Shown: positions 25,817 through 34,248 of the stretch, one piece after another
Position numbering within the stretch: position 1 is the first letter of the stretch
Layout of the letters: each line of letters begins with the position of its first letter
Assembly: GCA_903850425.1 (NCBI GenBank)
Contig: CAINLR010000083.1
Coordinates: 28,444-92,443 of the forward strand
DNA: 64,000 nucleotides
Direction: 5' to 3'
From: an uncultured Verrucomicrobia subdivision 3 bacterium
GTDB taxonomy: Bacteria; Verrucomicrobiota; Verrucomicrobiia; Limisphaerales; UBA11358
The notes under the pieces: model-generated
The model's input: the letters and a program-made list of their open reading frames with translations, nothing else
Databases searched by the model: none
Told to the model about the DNA's origin: nothing
Translations under genes and position numbers: made by a program

Positions 25817-28147
25817 TTATTGGCCGGCACCATTGCCACCGCCATTGACATTGCCCGTTTGTGCCGAACTGCCCTGCTGGAAGTTCAAGCCCGTGATGAT
25901 GGTCACGACCTGAGACGCCCGCATTTGGGTCTGGCGTCCGCTCGTGGTGGTGACTTCAGGTTCCGCCAAGGTTTCAAACCCGGTGCGTTGTTCAAGCGCG
26001 TGCAAGGTCACCTGGAAATTCGGGTCCGTCAAAATGCCCGTGATCGTGCCCAGCGCTGGCGCGGAATTACGCAGACCGCCTGTGAGCAACTGGTCGCCCG
26101 CGGAACCAGGGATTAGATTGGCGGCGGTATTGCCGGGAAACGCCCCCAGCGGATTGGCGGCCGAAGTGGGCACGTTAAGCGAGGGTGAACTGCCACCGGT
26201 GCCGACCACCTGGCCACCCATGTTAAACTGCCCCATGGACCAGTTGAAACCCAAAGCCTTGTCATCGGTTTGTTGCACTTCAATGAAGCGTGACTTGATA
26301 TGGACCTGTGGCGCGACTTCGTTCAACATCGCAATGGCCCGCTCAATGGTGTCCAAATCCTGCTCCGTTGCTTTGACGAGGAGTTTGCCCAACCGGTCAT
26401 TAAAGAAAACAGACTTGCCGGGCGGGTTTTGCAAATTCACACCCAGCGCGGTGAAGAACGACCGAGCCAACTCACTGGGCGTCGCGGCCGAGGTCTGCGT
26501 GGTAATATAATTTATTCCACCTTGGTTTTGACCTTGACCACCTTGACCACCGCCACCACCGGTTCCACCACCAACTCCCCCCGCAGCACCGCCGTTCAAG
26601 ATGCTGCCGCCACCTTGCCCGCCACTACCGCCGCCGCCGCCGCCGCCGCCGCTTTGGCCTTGGTTACGAAGCTGTCCGCCACCGGCAAAGGGATTCACCA
26701 CCCCAACCACGGCGCCGCTGCTTTGACCGTTTTGACCACCGCCACCGCCACCGCCACCGCCGCCGCCACCGCCACCGCCACCGCCGCCATTTTGGGAGGA
26801 GCCACCGAAGCTGGTCGCCCCGACACTCTCAAGGCCGGAATAGAACGTGTTCGGATCAACCTTAAATATGCGGGTGAAAAGCTGGGGGGATTCCTCAGCT
26901 TTGGCGGAAAAGACAACGGCAAATTCTTGCACCGAGTATTTGAGCGGGTGATCCGCCACCAGCGTGATGGCATCGAGCACGTCGGCAAGCCGCACATCGG
27001 TCAGGGTGAGCTTGATTTGGACGGCAGCCACATCCACCGCTTCCGGAGCGCTGGCACCTGCGCCGGGCCCAGCGGCCGGCAACCCGGTGGCAGGATCAAT
27101 GGCGGGTGCCGGTGCGCCCCGACCTTCGGTCGCTCCTGGAAAGCCACCGCCCGCACCAAACTGGCCAACCGGTGCGGCCACTGGCTGCCCTGACTTGTCG
27201 GCATTTGGATTGATGATAAAATTAATGCCCTTGCGATCCACATCCCGCAGTTTGGATTGCTCGGTCAAATTGCGGAGCACTTCGGAGAGCGGCAGGCCTT
27301 CGTAGGCAATATTGTCCAGATGAATGCGGTCCAACTTGGCGATGATCGCCTGCCGGCCGGGCCCGGTCCAAACCTGATTGTTGGTGGCGTAGGGGTTGTT
27401 GAACTTGGGCAAATTAGCCCCGGAAACAGGCGCAATCCACTGCTTTTCAACATTCGCCATGCGATCCTGCGTGTCCACGGTATGCTGGGAGGTTTCCCGG
27501 ACAAATTTGGCCTGCTTGATGAGGTTGAGATAATAATAGGCACCGGTATTGTCGGGATCCAAGCGAATGGCTTGGGCCAGTTTGGCCTCGGCTTCTTCAA
27601 GCTTGCCCATTTCATAAAACAGTTTGCCGTCCTGCACGAGCGTCCCGGCTTCCGTTTTTTGCGCGTTAATTTGCGGCACCTGTTCCACGACCGCGAGACT
27701 GGGATACCGGCCCTTGTTGACAGCCAGCATCTGATCATTCTGCGCCTTGAAGGCGAGGGCAGCCGGATTTTTCGGGTCTGCTTTGAGCACCTGCGCGACT
27801 TGGGTGTTGGCTTCGCGCAAATCACCCCGGCTCTGGGCGTCGCGGGCTAGCGCCAAGCGGGTGGCGGCCAAACCGGCTTTGGCCTGCGCGGTCTCCACCG
27901 CGATGCCGGAGCCGATCTGTTCGGCTAACGCGCAGCATTCCTGGTAAAGTTTGGCGGCGGCGACCGTGTCGCCTTTCTGCGCGGCGGCTTGCGCCTCGGC
28001 CAGTTTTCCGCGGAGCACGACCGTGTAGGATTGGCGCAACACGGCTTCGTTGACCGCCAGCGCGGCAGAATTATCTTGCGCAGTCAGGATGCTGGGCGAC
28101 ACCAGCACGGCGGCAAGTCCGAGTGAAAAGAGAGCGGCTTTGGTCAT
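25817..28147 (-). CDS. Secretin (PilQ/GspD, Amuc_1098-like), N-terminal part: signal peptide, TPR, N-domains with a Gly-rich loop, first half of the secretin core
   Basis: TPR (GKLFYEMGKLEEAEAKLAQAIRLDPDN), N3 domain (FNDRLGKLLVKATEQDLDTIE), PQVHIKSRFIEV, TLAEPEVTTTSGRQ. Stops before the GxxLxVxP strand. Confidence 0.88.
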   Translation of the reverse strand: MTKAALFSLGLAAVLVSPSILTAQDNSAALAVNEAVLRQSYTVVLRGKLAEAQAAAQKGDTVAAAKLYQECCALAEQIGSGIAVETAQAKAGLAATRLALARDAQSRGDLREANTQVAQVLKADPKNPAALAFKAQNDQMLAVNKGRYPSLAVVEQVPQINAQKTEAGTLVQDGKLFYEMGKLEEAEAKLAQAIRLDPDNTGAYYYLNLIKQAKFVRETSQHTVDTQDRMANVEKQWIAPVSGANLPKFNNPYATNNQVWTGPGRQAIIAKLDRIHLDNIAYEGLPLSEVLRNLTEQSKLRDVDRKGINFIINPNADKSGQPVAAPVGQFGAGGGFPGATEGRGAPAPAIDPATGLPAAGPGAGASAPEAVDVAAVQIKLTLTDVRLADVLDAITLVADHPLKYSVQEFAVVFSAKAEESPQLFTRIFKVDPNTFYSGLESVGATSFGGSSQNGGGGGGGGGGGGGGGGGGQNGQSSGAVVGVVNPFAGGGQLRNQGQSGGGGGGGGSGGQGGGSILNGGAAGGVGGGTGGGGGQGGQGQNQGGINYITTQTSAATPSELARSFFTALGVNLQNPPGKSVFFNDRLGKLLVKATEQDLDTIERAIAMLNEVAPQVHIKSRFIEVQQTDDKALGFNWSMGQFNMGGQVVGTGGSSPSLNVPTSAANPLGAFPGNTAANLIPGSAGDQLLTGGLRNSAPALGTITGILTDPNFQVTLHALEQRTGFETLAEPEVTTTSGRQTQMRASQVVTIITGLNFQQGSSAQTGNVNGGGNGAGQ
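26540..26790. repeat. Low-complexity (GGC/GGT)n tracts encoding poly-Gly in the secretin
   Basis: Long CCGCCA/CCGCCG triplet runs translating to GGGGGGGGGGGGGGGG and GGQG motifs. Confidence 0.85.
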
Positions 28148-28201
28148 GGCAAATTCAGGTTCGTCTGGAATGGGCGCGGTTCAATTTAAAGATGTTAGCG
28201 T

Positions 28202-28996
28202 TCAGGGTGTAAATGGCAAAGGAGTTTTTTTCTGATTCGACTGATCGGCCAGAATTAATTCATTCTGGCTGACCTCCGCAACGATGTAGTCGGTCCCGTA
28301 AAAGGCAACCTTATCACCCGCCCGCCGGGCATGGAAAACTCTTTTTTCCGGATCGTAACGAAAATCCGCCGTGTAAGCATCCACCCGGCGATAGGGTCTT
28401 TCTTTCGACACCGTCGCCTTCTCGCCCGTGTCCACCAGTTTGACCACCAAGGCATCGGGATTATCCGGCGGACCTTTGATTTCGACCAGCGCGAAGGTGT
28501 CATTCGGTTTGTCGCCCGCCGAAACAAAGCGTTGCTGCTTGTGACGTTTGGCGGGTGTTTTTTCCGCCTGCTTCTCGACGCCAAAAACATAGCGTGCCCC
28601 CAGCTCGTTGGTGGTTACGTTGTCCAGCGTCAGGATCAAATAAAGCGGCGTGATGTTGGTGACCACCACGGCCTTGACACCAACCGCGTTGCCACTGTGC
28701 AGTTTGATCGGACCGTCCGGACCCTTTTGCCATTCCACCGGATTGAAGACTTTGTTGCCGGTTTCCAGATCCAAGGTGTAGCCGGACTTCAGCCGGGCGA
28801 TGGCGCTGCTCGGCACGCTCAAATCAAGATTGGTCAAGGGCTGAACGTGGGGATTATTGATATACTGGTCCCGCAGATCTTTCATCTTCTGGCTTTCCGA
28901 CGCGATGAAGAACGGCAGGAACACCAGGGCACCAACCAACCCCGCCAGCACCAGGCCGAGCAAGATCTTTTCGTAATGTTTTTTGAGAAAGTCCAT
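28202..28996 (-). CDS. Amuc_1099-like pilus-cluster protein with an N-terminal membrane anchor
   Basis: MDFLKKHYEKILLGLVLAGL N-terminus. Lies between the PilO-like gene and the secretin, as in the Akkermansia Amuc_1098-1101 cluster. Confidence 0.6.
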   Translation of the reverse strand: MDFLKKHYEKILLGLVLAGLVGALVFLPFFIASESQKMKDLRDQYINNPHVQPLTNLDLSVPSSAIARLKSGYTLDLETGNKVFNPVEWQKGPDGPIKLHSGNAVGVKAVVVTNITPLYLILTLDNVTTNELGARYVFGVEKQAEKTPAKRHKQQRFVSAGDKPNDTFALVEIKGPPDNPDALVVKLVDTGEKATVSKERPYRRVDAYTADFRYDPEKRVFHARRAGDKVAFYGTDYIVAEVSQNELILADQSNQKKTPLPFTP

Positions 28997-28997
28997 C

Positions 28998-29951
28998 TTA
29001 GCTTTTCGGCGACAGTTTCACGAACTCCACTTCCAGCGTGACCCGGAGCAATTGCTCCTTCAAAATTGTCTGCAATCCCCCCTTGCTGGAGGCGGGCGGC
29101 GCAACCTGGGCGGCTGGCGGCGGAAATTCGCCACGCCCGTAACGGTCGGGTATCCCCGTTCGCATGGGCGGCATGGCCACGGGAGACTCGTCGGTCGGCA
29201 GCGCGCCGGCGGCACCGGCGGGCTGGACATTGATGGACTTCACAATAAACGCATGGGGGGCGGTGGCAAAACCCGTCAGCACGCGCGCGAGTTCCGGCGT
29301 GAAGCAACGCAGCGTGATAACGTAAGGGGTCACTACCGCCAGATCATTCGTGATCGGATGGGTGTCCAGATAATCCGTGGCCGGCCCGGTGGCGTCGTCG
29401 TCTGAAACGCGCACGCGCTGAATGCTGTCGAGCGAGTTGATCCGGGAGGCAAAGAGAATTTCGTTGATGGCGTTGACTTCACCCAACTGAATGGCCAACG
29501 GCTCCAGACTGCCGCCGGCAAATTTCATCAACGTTCTCTGGGCGGTGAAGGAAAAATCATACTTCGGTGGCAAGACCACCCCGGCGCTCTCAGCCGCATG
29601 TTGCAAATGATCCACCGTCACCCGCAAGGCACCGGCATACGCCGCACTCGTTACCGGCCCATTGGCGGGAATCGCCGGAATCGGCTTGAAATGTTCGCCC
29701 GCTTGCTGAATCCACGCGCTCACCTGCTTTTCCTGATCCTTGGCAATCTGGGTGTTATTGATCTTGTCATTGCCCGGGGCCGGCTTCCGCCCCGCGATAT
29801 CTTTTAGGGTGGTGTAATATTCATTCAGCTTGTCGAACGCCACAGAGTTGCGCGTCCAGCCCTTGAAAATATAGAAGCCTGCCCCGCCCAGCAGCGCGAG
29901 CGCCAGCGCCCCGCCGACGACAAAGAATAAATTGCGTTTGATCCAGGCCAT
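28998..29951 (-). CDS. Amuc_1100-like (PilO-like) pilus assembly protein
   Basis: N-terminal TM helix and coiled coil; F.FSF...R; I..I.R.; C-terminal F..AP.AFIVK...V...L.V.L.VEFV; synteny with pilM. Confidence 0.7.
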   Translation of the reverse strand: MAWIKRNLFFVVGGALALALLGGAGFYIFKGWTRNSVAFDKLNEYYTTLKDIAGRKPAPGNDKINNTQIAKDQEKQVSAWIQQAGEHFKPIPAIPANGPVTSAAYAGALRVTVDHLQHAAESAGVVLPPKYDFSFTAQRTLMKFAGGSLEPLAIQLGEVNAINEILFASRINSLDSIQRVRVSDDDATGPATDYLDTHPITNDLAVVTPYVITLRCFTPELARVLTGFATAPHAFIVKSINVQPAGAAGALPTDESPVAMPPMRTGIPDRYGRGEFPPPAAQVAPPASSKGGLQTILKEQLLRVTLEVEFVKLSPKS

Positions 29952-29952
29952 A

Positions 29953-31827
29953 TCAAAAACTGGGCAGGTTGGTCGGTGCCACGTTCAACGTGAAGGTGAA
30001 AGTGCCGGTGGCGTCATCAGCCACAATGCTGCCAACCAGCGACGTGGCTTTGGGGTCAACGAACGGCGAGTTTTTGATTTCACTTTCCACGGCGAACGCG
30101 ATGGCGCTATTGGCGGCCGCATCCACGCTCGTGAGACTCACGGCGCGGCAAATCATCGTAATCATATTGGTGTTCCCCTCCTGCCCGGGAGTCGCCGCCG
30201 CCGTTTCCACTGGCGGCGGAGGAGGACTTTCACCCCGACCGTAACGGTTCGGAACGTCACCGCGACCCCGCATGCCGGGCGGAAATTCACCCATTACGGT
30301 GGGGGCCGGTGTTAATGCAGTTGCAACGGATGCCCCACCCAAGCTTGCATTGGCGATCATCTGTTCAATCCAGATGCCCGCCTCGACGTTCGGTTTTTGG
30401 GCCGAGAGTTTCTTCTTGATGCCGTCTTCGGAGCGCAGCAGCGCGCGGCGCATGTCTGCGACAAAATCGCCCCAATAAAATCGCTGCTGCATCCAGACGG
30501 TAATCAGGTCCGCGTCCTTCCGCGCTTTCTGCAATTTGGCGTAGGCCTTCTTGAAATTTTCGGATTTGTTATTGGCGGCCTGCACCAGCGGGTCCAGGTT
30601 GGCCACTTCCTGCTCCTTGTTGACCGCCAGTTTCTGGAACAAAAAACCGATCGCAAACAGCACCAGCACCAGACTGAAAACGGTCGCCACCAAGTAAGGT
30701 TTCTTCTGGTTGAAGGACTGCCAGCGCAACGTGCTCTCCGGCATCAAATTCATTTCCACCGGGCAGTTCGCCAAGTTGCGCAGGCCGAGGCCGACGACTT
30801 CGCCCAAGCCGTGCGCCACGCGCGACAATTCTTCCAGATTCACCGACGGATCAATCTGCACGTTGCGGAACGGATTGAAATATTCCACCGGCACCTGGAG
30901 TTTTTCCGCAAAAAACTGCGCCGTATAAGGCATGATGGACGCGCCGCCGGAAAGAAACAGGCGTTGCGGGGCCGAACCGCCCTGCTGGCCGCGATAAAAC
31001 TGCATCGTCTGGTTGACCTGGATGTGCAGCTTGGTCATGAACTGGCGCGCGATCTTGGAAATCGCCGCCTGATGCACGTTGTCCGGCTCTTCATACGCGC
31101 CGCCGAGACTCACAAAACCCTCGGCAATCTTGATCTTCTCCGCGTCGTCAAATTTCAATTTCGCCTCGTTCGCAAAATCCTGCGTGATGGCGTTGGCGCC
31201 CAGATTAATGCTGCGCGAAAAAACTTTTCCCTTTTCAAAGAACAGCAGGTTGCTCGTCTTGGCGCCGATGTCCAGCAGCATGGTGCAGTCAGCCTCGAGA
31301 TCGCCATAATTATATTTAAAGGCATTGCACAACGCGGCGGGCGAGGCGTCGCACAATTGCAGCTTCAGCTTCGCCTGATCGGCCATGCGGAACAGCCCCT
31401 CGACGATTTCCGACTTGATGGCGACGAGCAGCACTTCCAGTTCGCCGCTGGCGGCGGAACCGAGAATCTGATAATCCCACACGACTTCCGACAGCGGGAA
31501 CGGCACGTTTTGCTGCGCCTCGTATTGGATGATCTGGCCGACCTTGGCGGCATCCACCGGCGGGAGTTTGACAAACTTGGAAAAAACGTGGAAGCCCGGA
31601 GCGCAGACATTGACGCTGGTGGCCTTGAATTTTTTTTCGGCGAGAATTTCCTGCAGCGCGGCCAGAATGGTTTTTTCCCGCGTCGCCTCCTGCGCACCCT
31701 CCAGGCCGAGCGACTTGATGACAAAGTTCTTGAGCAACAATCCGCCCGCCTCATTGATTTCAAACTCGGCGAGCTTGAGGCTGCCAGCTCCGAAATCAAT
31801 GGTCAGAAATGACTTGGTGTTCAACAT
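29953..31827 (-). CDS. pilM: Type IV pilus assembly PilM (actin-like) fused to a PilN-like domain (Amuc_1101-like)
   Basis: IDFGAGSLKLAEF, EAQQNVPFPLSEVVWDY, LLDIGAKTSN, LSGGAS, C-terminal EMNLMP motif, then a TM helix and PilN-like region. Confidence 0.9.
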   Translation of the reverse strand: MLNTKSFLTIDFGAGSLKLAEFEINEAGGLLLKNFVIKSLGLEGAQEATREKTILAALQEILAEKKFKATSVNVCAPGFHVFSKFVKLPPVDAAKVGQIIQYEAQQNVPFPLSEVVWDYQILGSAASGELEVLLVAIKSEIVEGLFRMADQAKLKLQLCDASPAALCNAFKYNYGDLEADCTMLLDIGAKTSNLLFFEKGKVFSRSINLGANAITQDFANEAKLKFDDAEKIKIAEGFVSLGGAYEEPDNVHQAAISKIARQFMTKLHIQVNQTMQFYRGQQGGSAPQRLFLSGGASIMPYTAQFFAEKLQVPVEYFNPFRNVQIDPSVNLEELSRVAHGLGEVVGLGLRNLANCPVEMNLMPESTLRWQSFNQKKPYLVATVFSLVLVLFAIGFLFQKLAVNKEQEVANLDPLVQAANNKSENFKKAYAKLQKARKDADLITVWMQQRFYWGDFVADMRRALLRSEDGIKKKLSAQKPNVEAGIWIEQMIANASLGGASVATALTPAPTVMGEFPPGMRGRGDVPNRYGRGESPPPPPVETAAATPGQEGNTNMITMICRAVSLTSVDAAANSAIAFAVESEIKNSPFVDPKATSLVGSIVADDATGTFTFTLNVAPTNLPSF

Positions 31828-31991
31828 GCGATTTACTTCTTGCCGCCCGCACAGCCGATTTTTTCAAATCTGGCAAAGGGCAGGGCTTTGATTAAGGCAA
31901 ATCTTCGCACGGGTCAAACACAAATCAAAAAAATAATGCGTCGCGCGTCAAAAAACTTGCGTCGCGTCGAGCCCTTTGGCTTCATCCTGCC

Positions 31992-32291
31992 GTGCCGACT
32001 CCTGCCTCCCCCACCGCCCGCTGCCGGATGACCGTGCTCTATGCCGGCCGTGTGCAGGGCGTCGGCTTTCGCTACACCACCAAAACCGTCGCCACCGGTT
32101 TTGAACTCACCGGCACCGTCCGCAATCTGCCCGACGGCCGGGTCGAATTAATCGCCGAAGGCCTGCGCACGGAGCTTGACGCGTTTCGCGCCGCCCTCCA
32201 CGATGCAGGTCTTGCTGGATTTATCCGCGACGAGCAGATAAGTTGGGGCAACGCAAAAAACGAATTTCGCGGTTTTGAAATCGTTCGCTAG
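31992..32291 (+). CDS. acyP: Acylphosphatase
   Basis: GRVQGVGFRY...A....LTGTVRNLPDGRVE signature. Start may be ATG 32028. Confidence 0.93.
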   Translation: MPTPASPTARCRMTVLYAGRVQGVGFRYTTKTVATGFELTGTVRNLPDGRVELIAEGLRTELDAFRAALHDAGLAGFIRDEQISWGNAKNEFRGFEIVR

Positions 32292-32295
32292 TGAA

Positions 32296-33018
32296 ATGAA
32301 ATACGCCATCATCGCCGACATACACGGAAACTTGGAAGCCTTCCAAGTTGTCCTCGAGGACATCCGCACGCAGCGCGCCGACCAGATCGTGTGCCTGGGC
32401 GACGTCGTCGGTTACAACGCCAACCCCAAAGAGTGTCTCCAGATCGTGCGCGACCTGAACCTGCCCTGCGTGAAGGGCAACCACGATGAATACTGTTCCA
32501 GCGAAGACCATCTCGAAGGCTTCAACCCGCACGCGGCCGACGCCGTCCACTGGACCCGCAACCAGCTCAACGCCGAAGAAAAACAGTGGCTGCGCGACCT
32601 GAAATACTCCCGCCTGGTGGGCAACTTCACCATCGTTCACGCCACCCTCGACGCGCCCGACCGCTGGGGCTATGTTTTTGACAAGCTCGCCGCCGCCGCC
32701 AGTTTTCCGTATCAGAACACGCAGGTTTGTTTTTTCGGCCACACCCATGTGCCCGTGGCGTTCATGCGCGACACCGTGGTGCGCGGCGGCACTTATTCCA
32801 AATTCAAAGTGGACGCCTCGAAAAAATATTTCATCAACGTCGGGGCCGTCGGCCAGCCGCGCGACAACAATCCCAAGTGCGGCTACGTCATTTATGACAC
32901 GACCGCCGCGACGATTGAAATCCGGCGCCTGGAATACGACATCGCGGCCGCGCAGCGAAAAATCCTGGCCGCCGGCCTCCCGGAACGGCTCGCCGAACGG
33001 CTGGCTTACGGAAGATAA
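32296..33018 (+). CDS. Metallophosphoesterase (calcineurin-like)
   Basis: DIHGN, GDVVGY, GNHD, GHTHVP, NVGAVGQPRD motifs. Confidence 0.92.
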   Translation: MKYAIIADIHGNLEAFQVVLEDIRTQRADQIVCLGDVVGYNANPKECLQIVRDLNLPCVKGNHDEYCSSEDHLEGFNPHAADAVHWTRNQLNAEEKQWLRDLKYSRLVGNFTIVHATLDAPDRWGYVFDKLAAAASFPYQNTQVCFFGHTHVPVAFMRDTVVRGGTYSKFKVDASKKYFINVGAVGQPRDNNPKCGYVIYDTTAATIEIRRLEYDIAAAQRKILAAGLPERLAERLAYGR

Positions 33019-33110
33019 AATGATGAAGGTTGAATGCTGAAGGATGAATTCCCGAAGTAGCGCGCTTTTCCGGCCAGCTTTCATCCTGCTTAATTCAGCC
33101 GTCATCATTT
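33018..33110. repeat. Imperfect 31-bp inverted repeat built from GATGAA-type units, filling the intergenic space
   Basis: Left arm 33018-33048 versus reverse complement of 33080-33110: 25/31 matches by manual alignment. Confidence 0.65.
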
Positions 33111-34122
33111 GAAAATTCTCATCCTCAAACCCAGTTCGCTCGGCGACGTGATCCAAGCGTTGCCCGTGCTGCGTTTGTTGAAACTGCATTATCCCGGTAG
33201 CGAAATTTTCTGGTGGATTGATTCGGCGCTGGCCCCGCTGCTGACCGGTGATCCCGACCTCGCGGGCGTCGTCCTTTTTGAGCGCAAACGCTGGGGCAAA
33301 CCACGGCACTGGCCGGAGATGTTTCGCAGCCTCCACTGGCTGCGCGCCCAAGAATTCGATCTGGTCATTGATCTCCAATGCCTCGCGCGCAGTGCGCTGT
33401 TCGCCTGGCTGGCGCGCGGAAAGTTTCTCGCCGGCCTCGACGAAGTCCGCGAAGGCGCGCGCGGTTTTTATGATTTTGCCGCGCCGCGCAAAACTTATCA
33501 CACCCACGCCGTGGACTGGTATCTCTCCGTCCTGCCGCCGCTCGGCGTGCCGGTGCATCACCATTTCGCCTGGCTGCCCGAACGGCCCAAAATCGCCGCC
33601 GCCGTGAACGCCAAATGGCCGGTGAAGTCCTCCCGCTGGATTGCGCTCCAACCCGGGGCCCGCTGGCTCAATAAACGGTGGCCGGTGGAACATTTTTCCG
33701 AACTCGTCCGCCAACTCGGCAAACGATTTCCAACCGCGCGCGTTGCCATCGTCGGCGGCCAGGACGACGCGTTGCTGGGCGACATCATTTCGAGCGCCGA
33801 CCCGGCGCGGTGTTTGAACCTGTGCGGCCGGACGTCATTGCTGGAGATGGTTGAGTGGCTCCGTGGTTGCGAAGTGCTGGTTACGAATGACACCGGCCCG
33901 ATGCACGTCGCCGCCGCGCTCGGCAAACCAGTGGTCGCCCTGTTCGGCCCGACCGAGCCGCGCCGCACGGGGCCGTATGGTCAGTTGGAAAATGTTTTAC
34001 GGCTGCCCCTGCCCTGCGCCCCCTGCCTGAAATCGGTATGTCACGTCCCCGACATGGAGGAATGCCTGCGCGCCATTTCGCCGGCGACCGTGGTGGACCG
34101 GGTGGCGCAAAGATTTTCCTAA
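33109..34122 (+). CDS. GT9 family glycosyltransferase (LPS heptosyltransferase-like)
   Basis: KILILKPSSLGDV, PGARWLNKRWP, NDTGPMHVAAALG...VALFGPT. Confidence 0.9.
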   Translation: MKILILKPSSLGDVIQALPVLRLLKLHYPGSEIFWWIDSALAPLLTGDPDLAGVVLFERKRWGKPRHWPEMFRSLHWLRAQEFDLVIDLQCLARSALFAWLARGKFLAGLDEVREGARGFYDFAAPRKTYHTHAVDWYLSVLPPLGVPVHHHFAWLPERPKIAAAVNAKWPVKSSRWIALQPGARWLNKRWPVEHFSELVRQLGKRFPTARVAIVGGQDDALLGDIISSADPARCLNLCGRTSLLEMVEWLRGCEVLVTNDTGPMHVAAALGKPVVALFGPTEPRRTGPYGQLENVLRLPLPCAPCLKSVCHVPDMEECLRAISPATVVDRVAQRFS

Positions 34123-34248
34123 AGCGTTCGGCGGGATGACCGAAGGTAAGGGGAAATGATCTCGTCAGCGGCCAACGATTGTTGTGAGCTACCTTCCACC
34201 GGGAAGGCGGGCTTTACTTGCCACACCGCCTCGACCGTCAGCCCCGCC

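Noticed and set aside
25797-25851. Secretin split explained as a sequencing or programmed frameshift
   Set aside because: A fused reading would place a full hydrophobic signal peptide inside the barrel. The second ORF has its own GAGG RBS and an AxA-type cleavage site. Read-level confirmation is still advisable.
26540-26790. GGC/GGT tracts as a contingency (on/off) locus
   Set aside because: Triplet repeats change only the poly-Gly length, not the frame.
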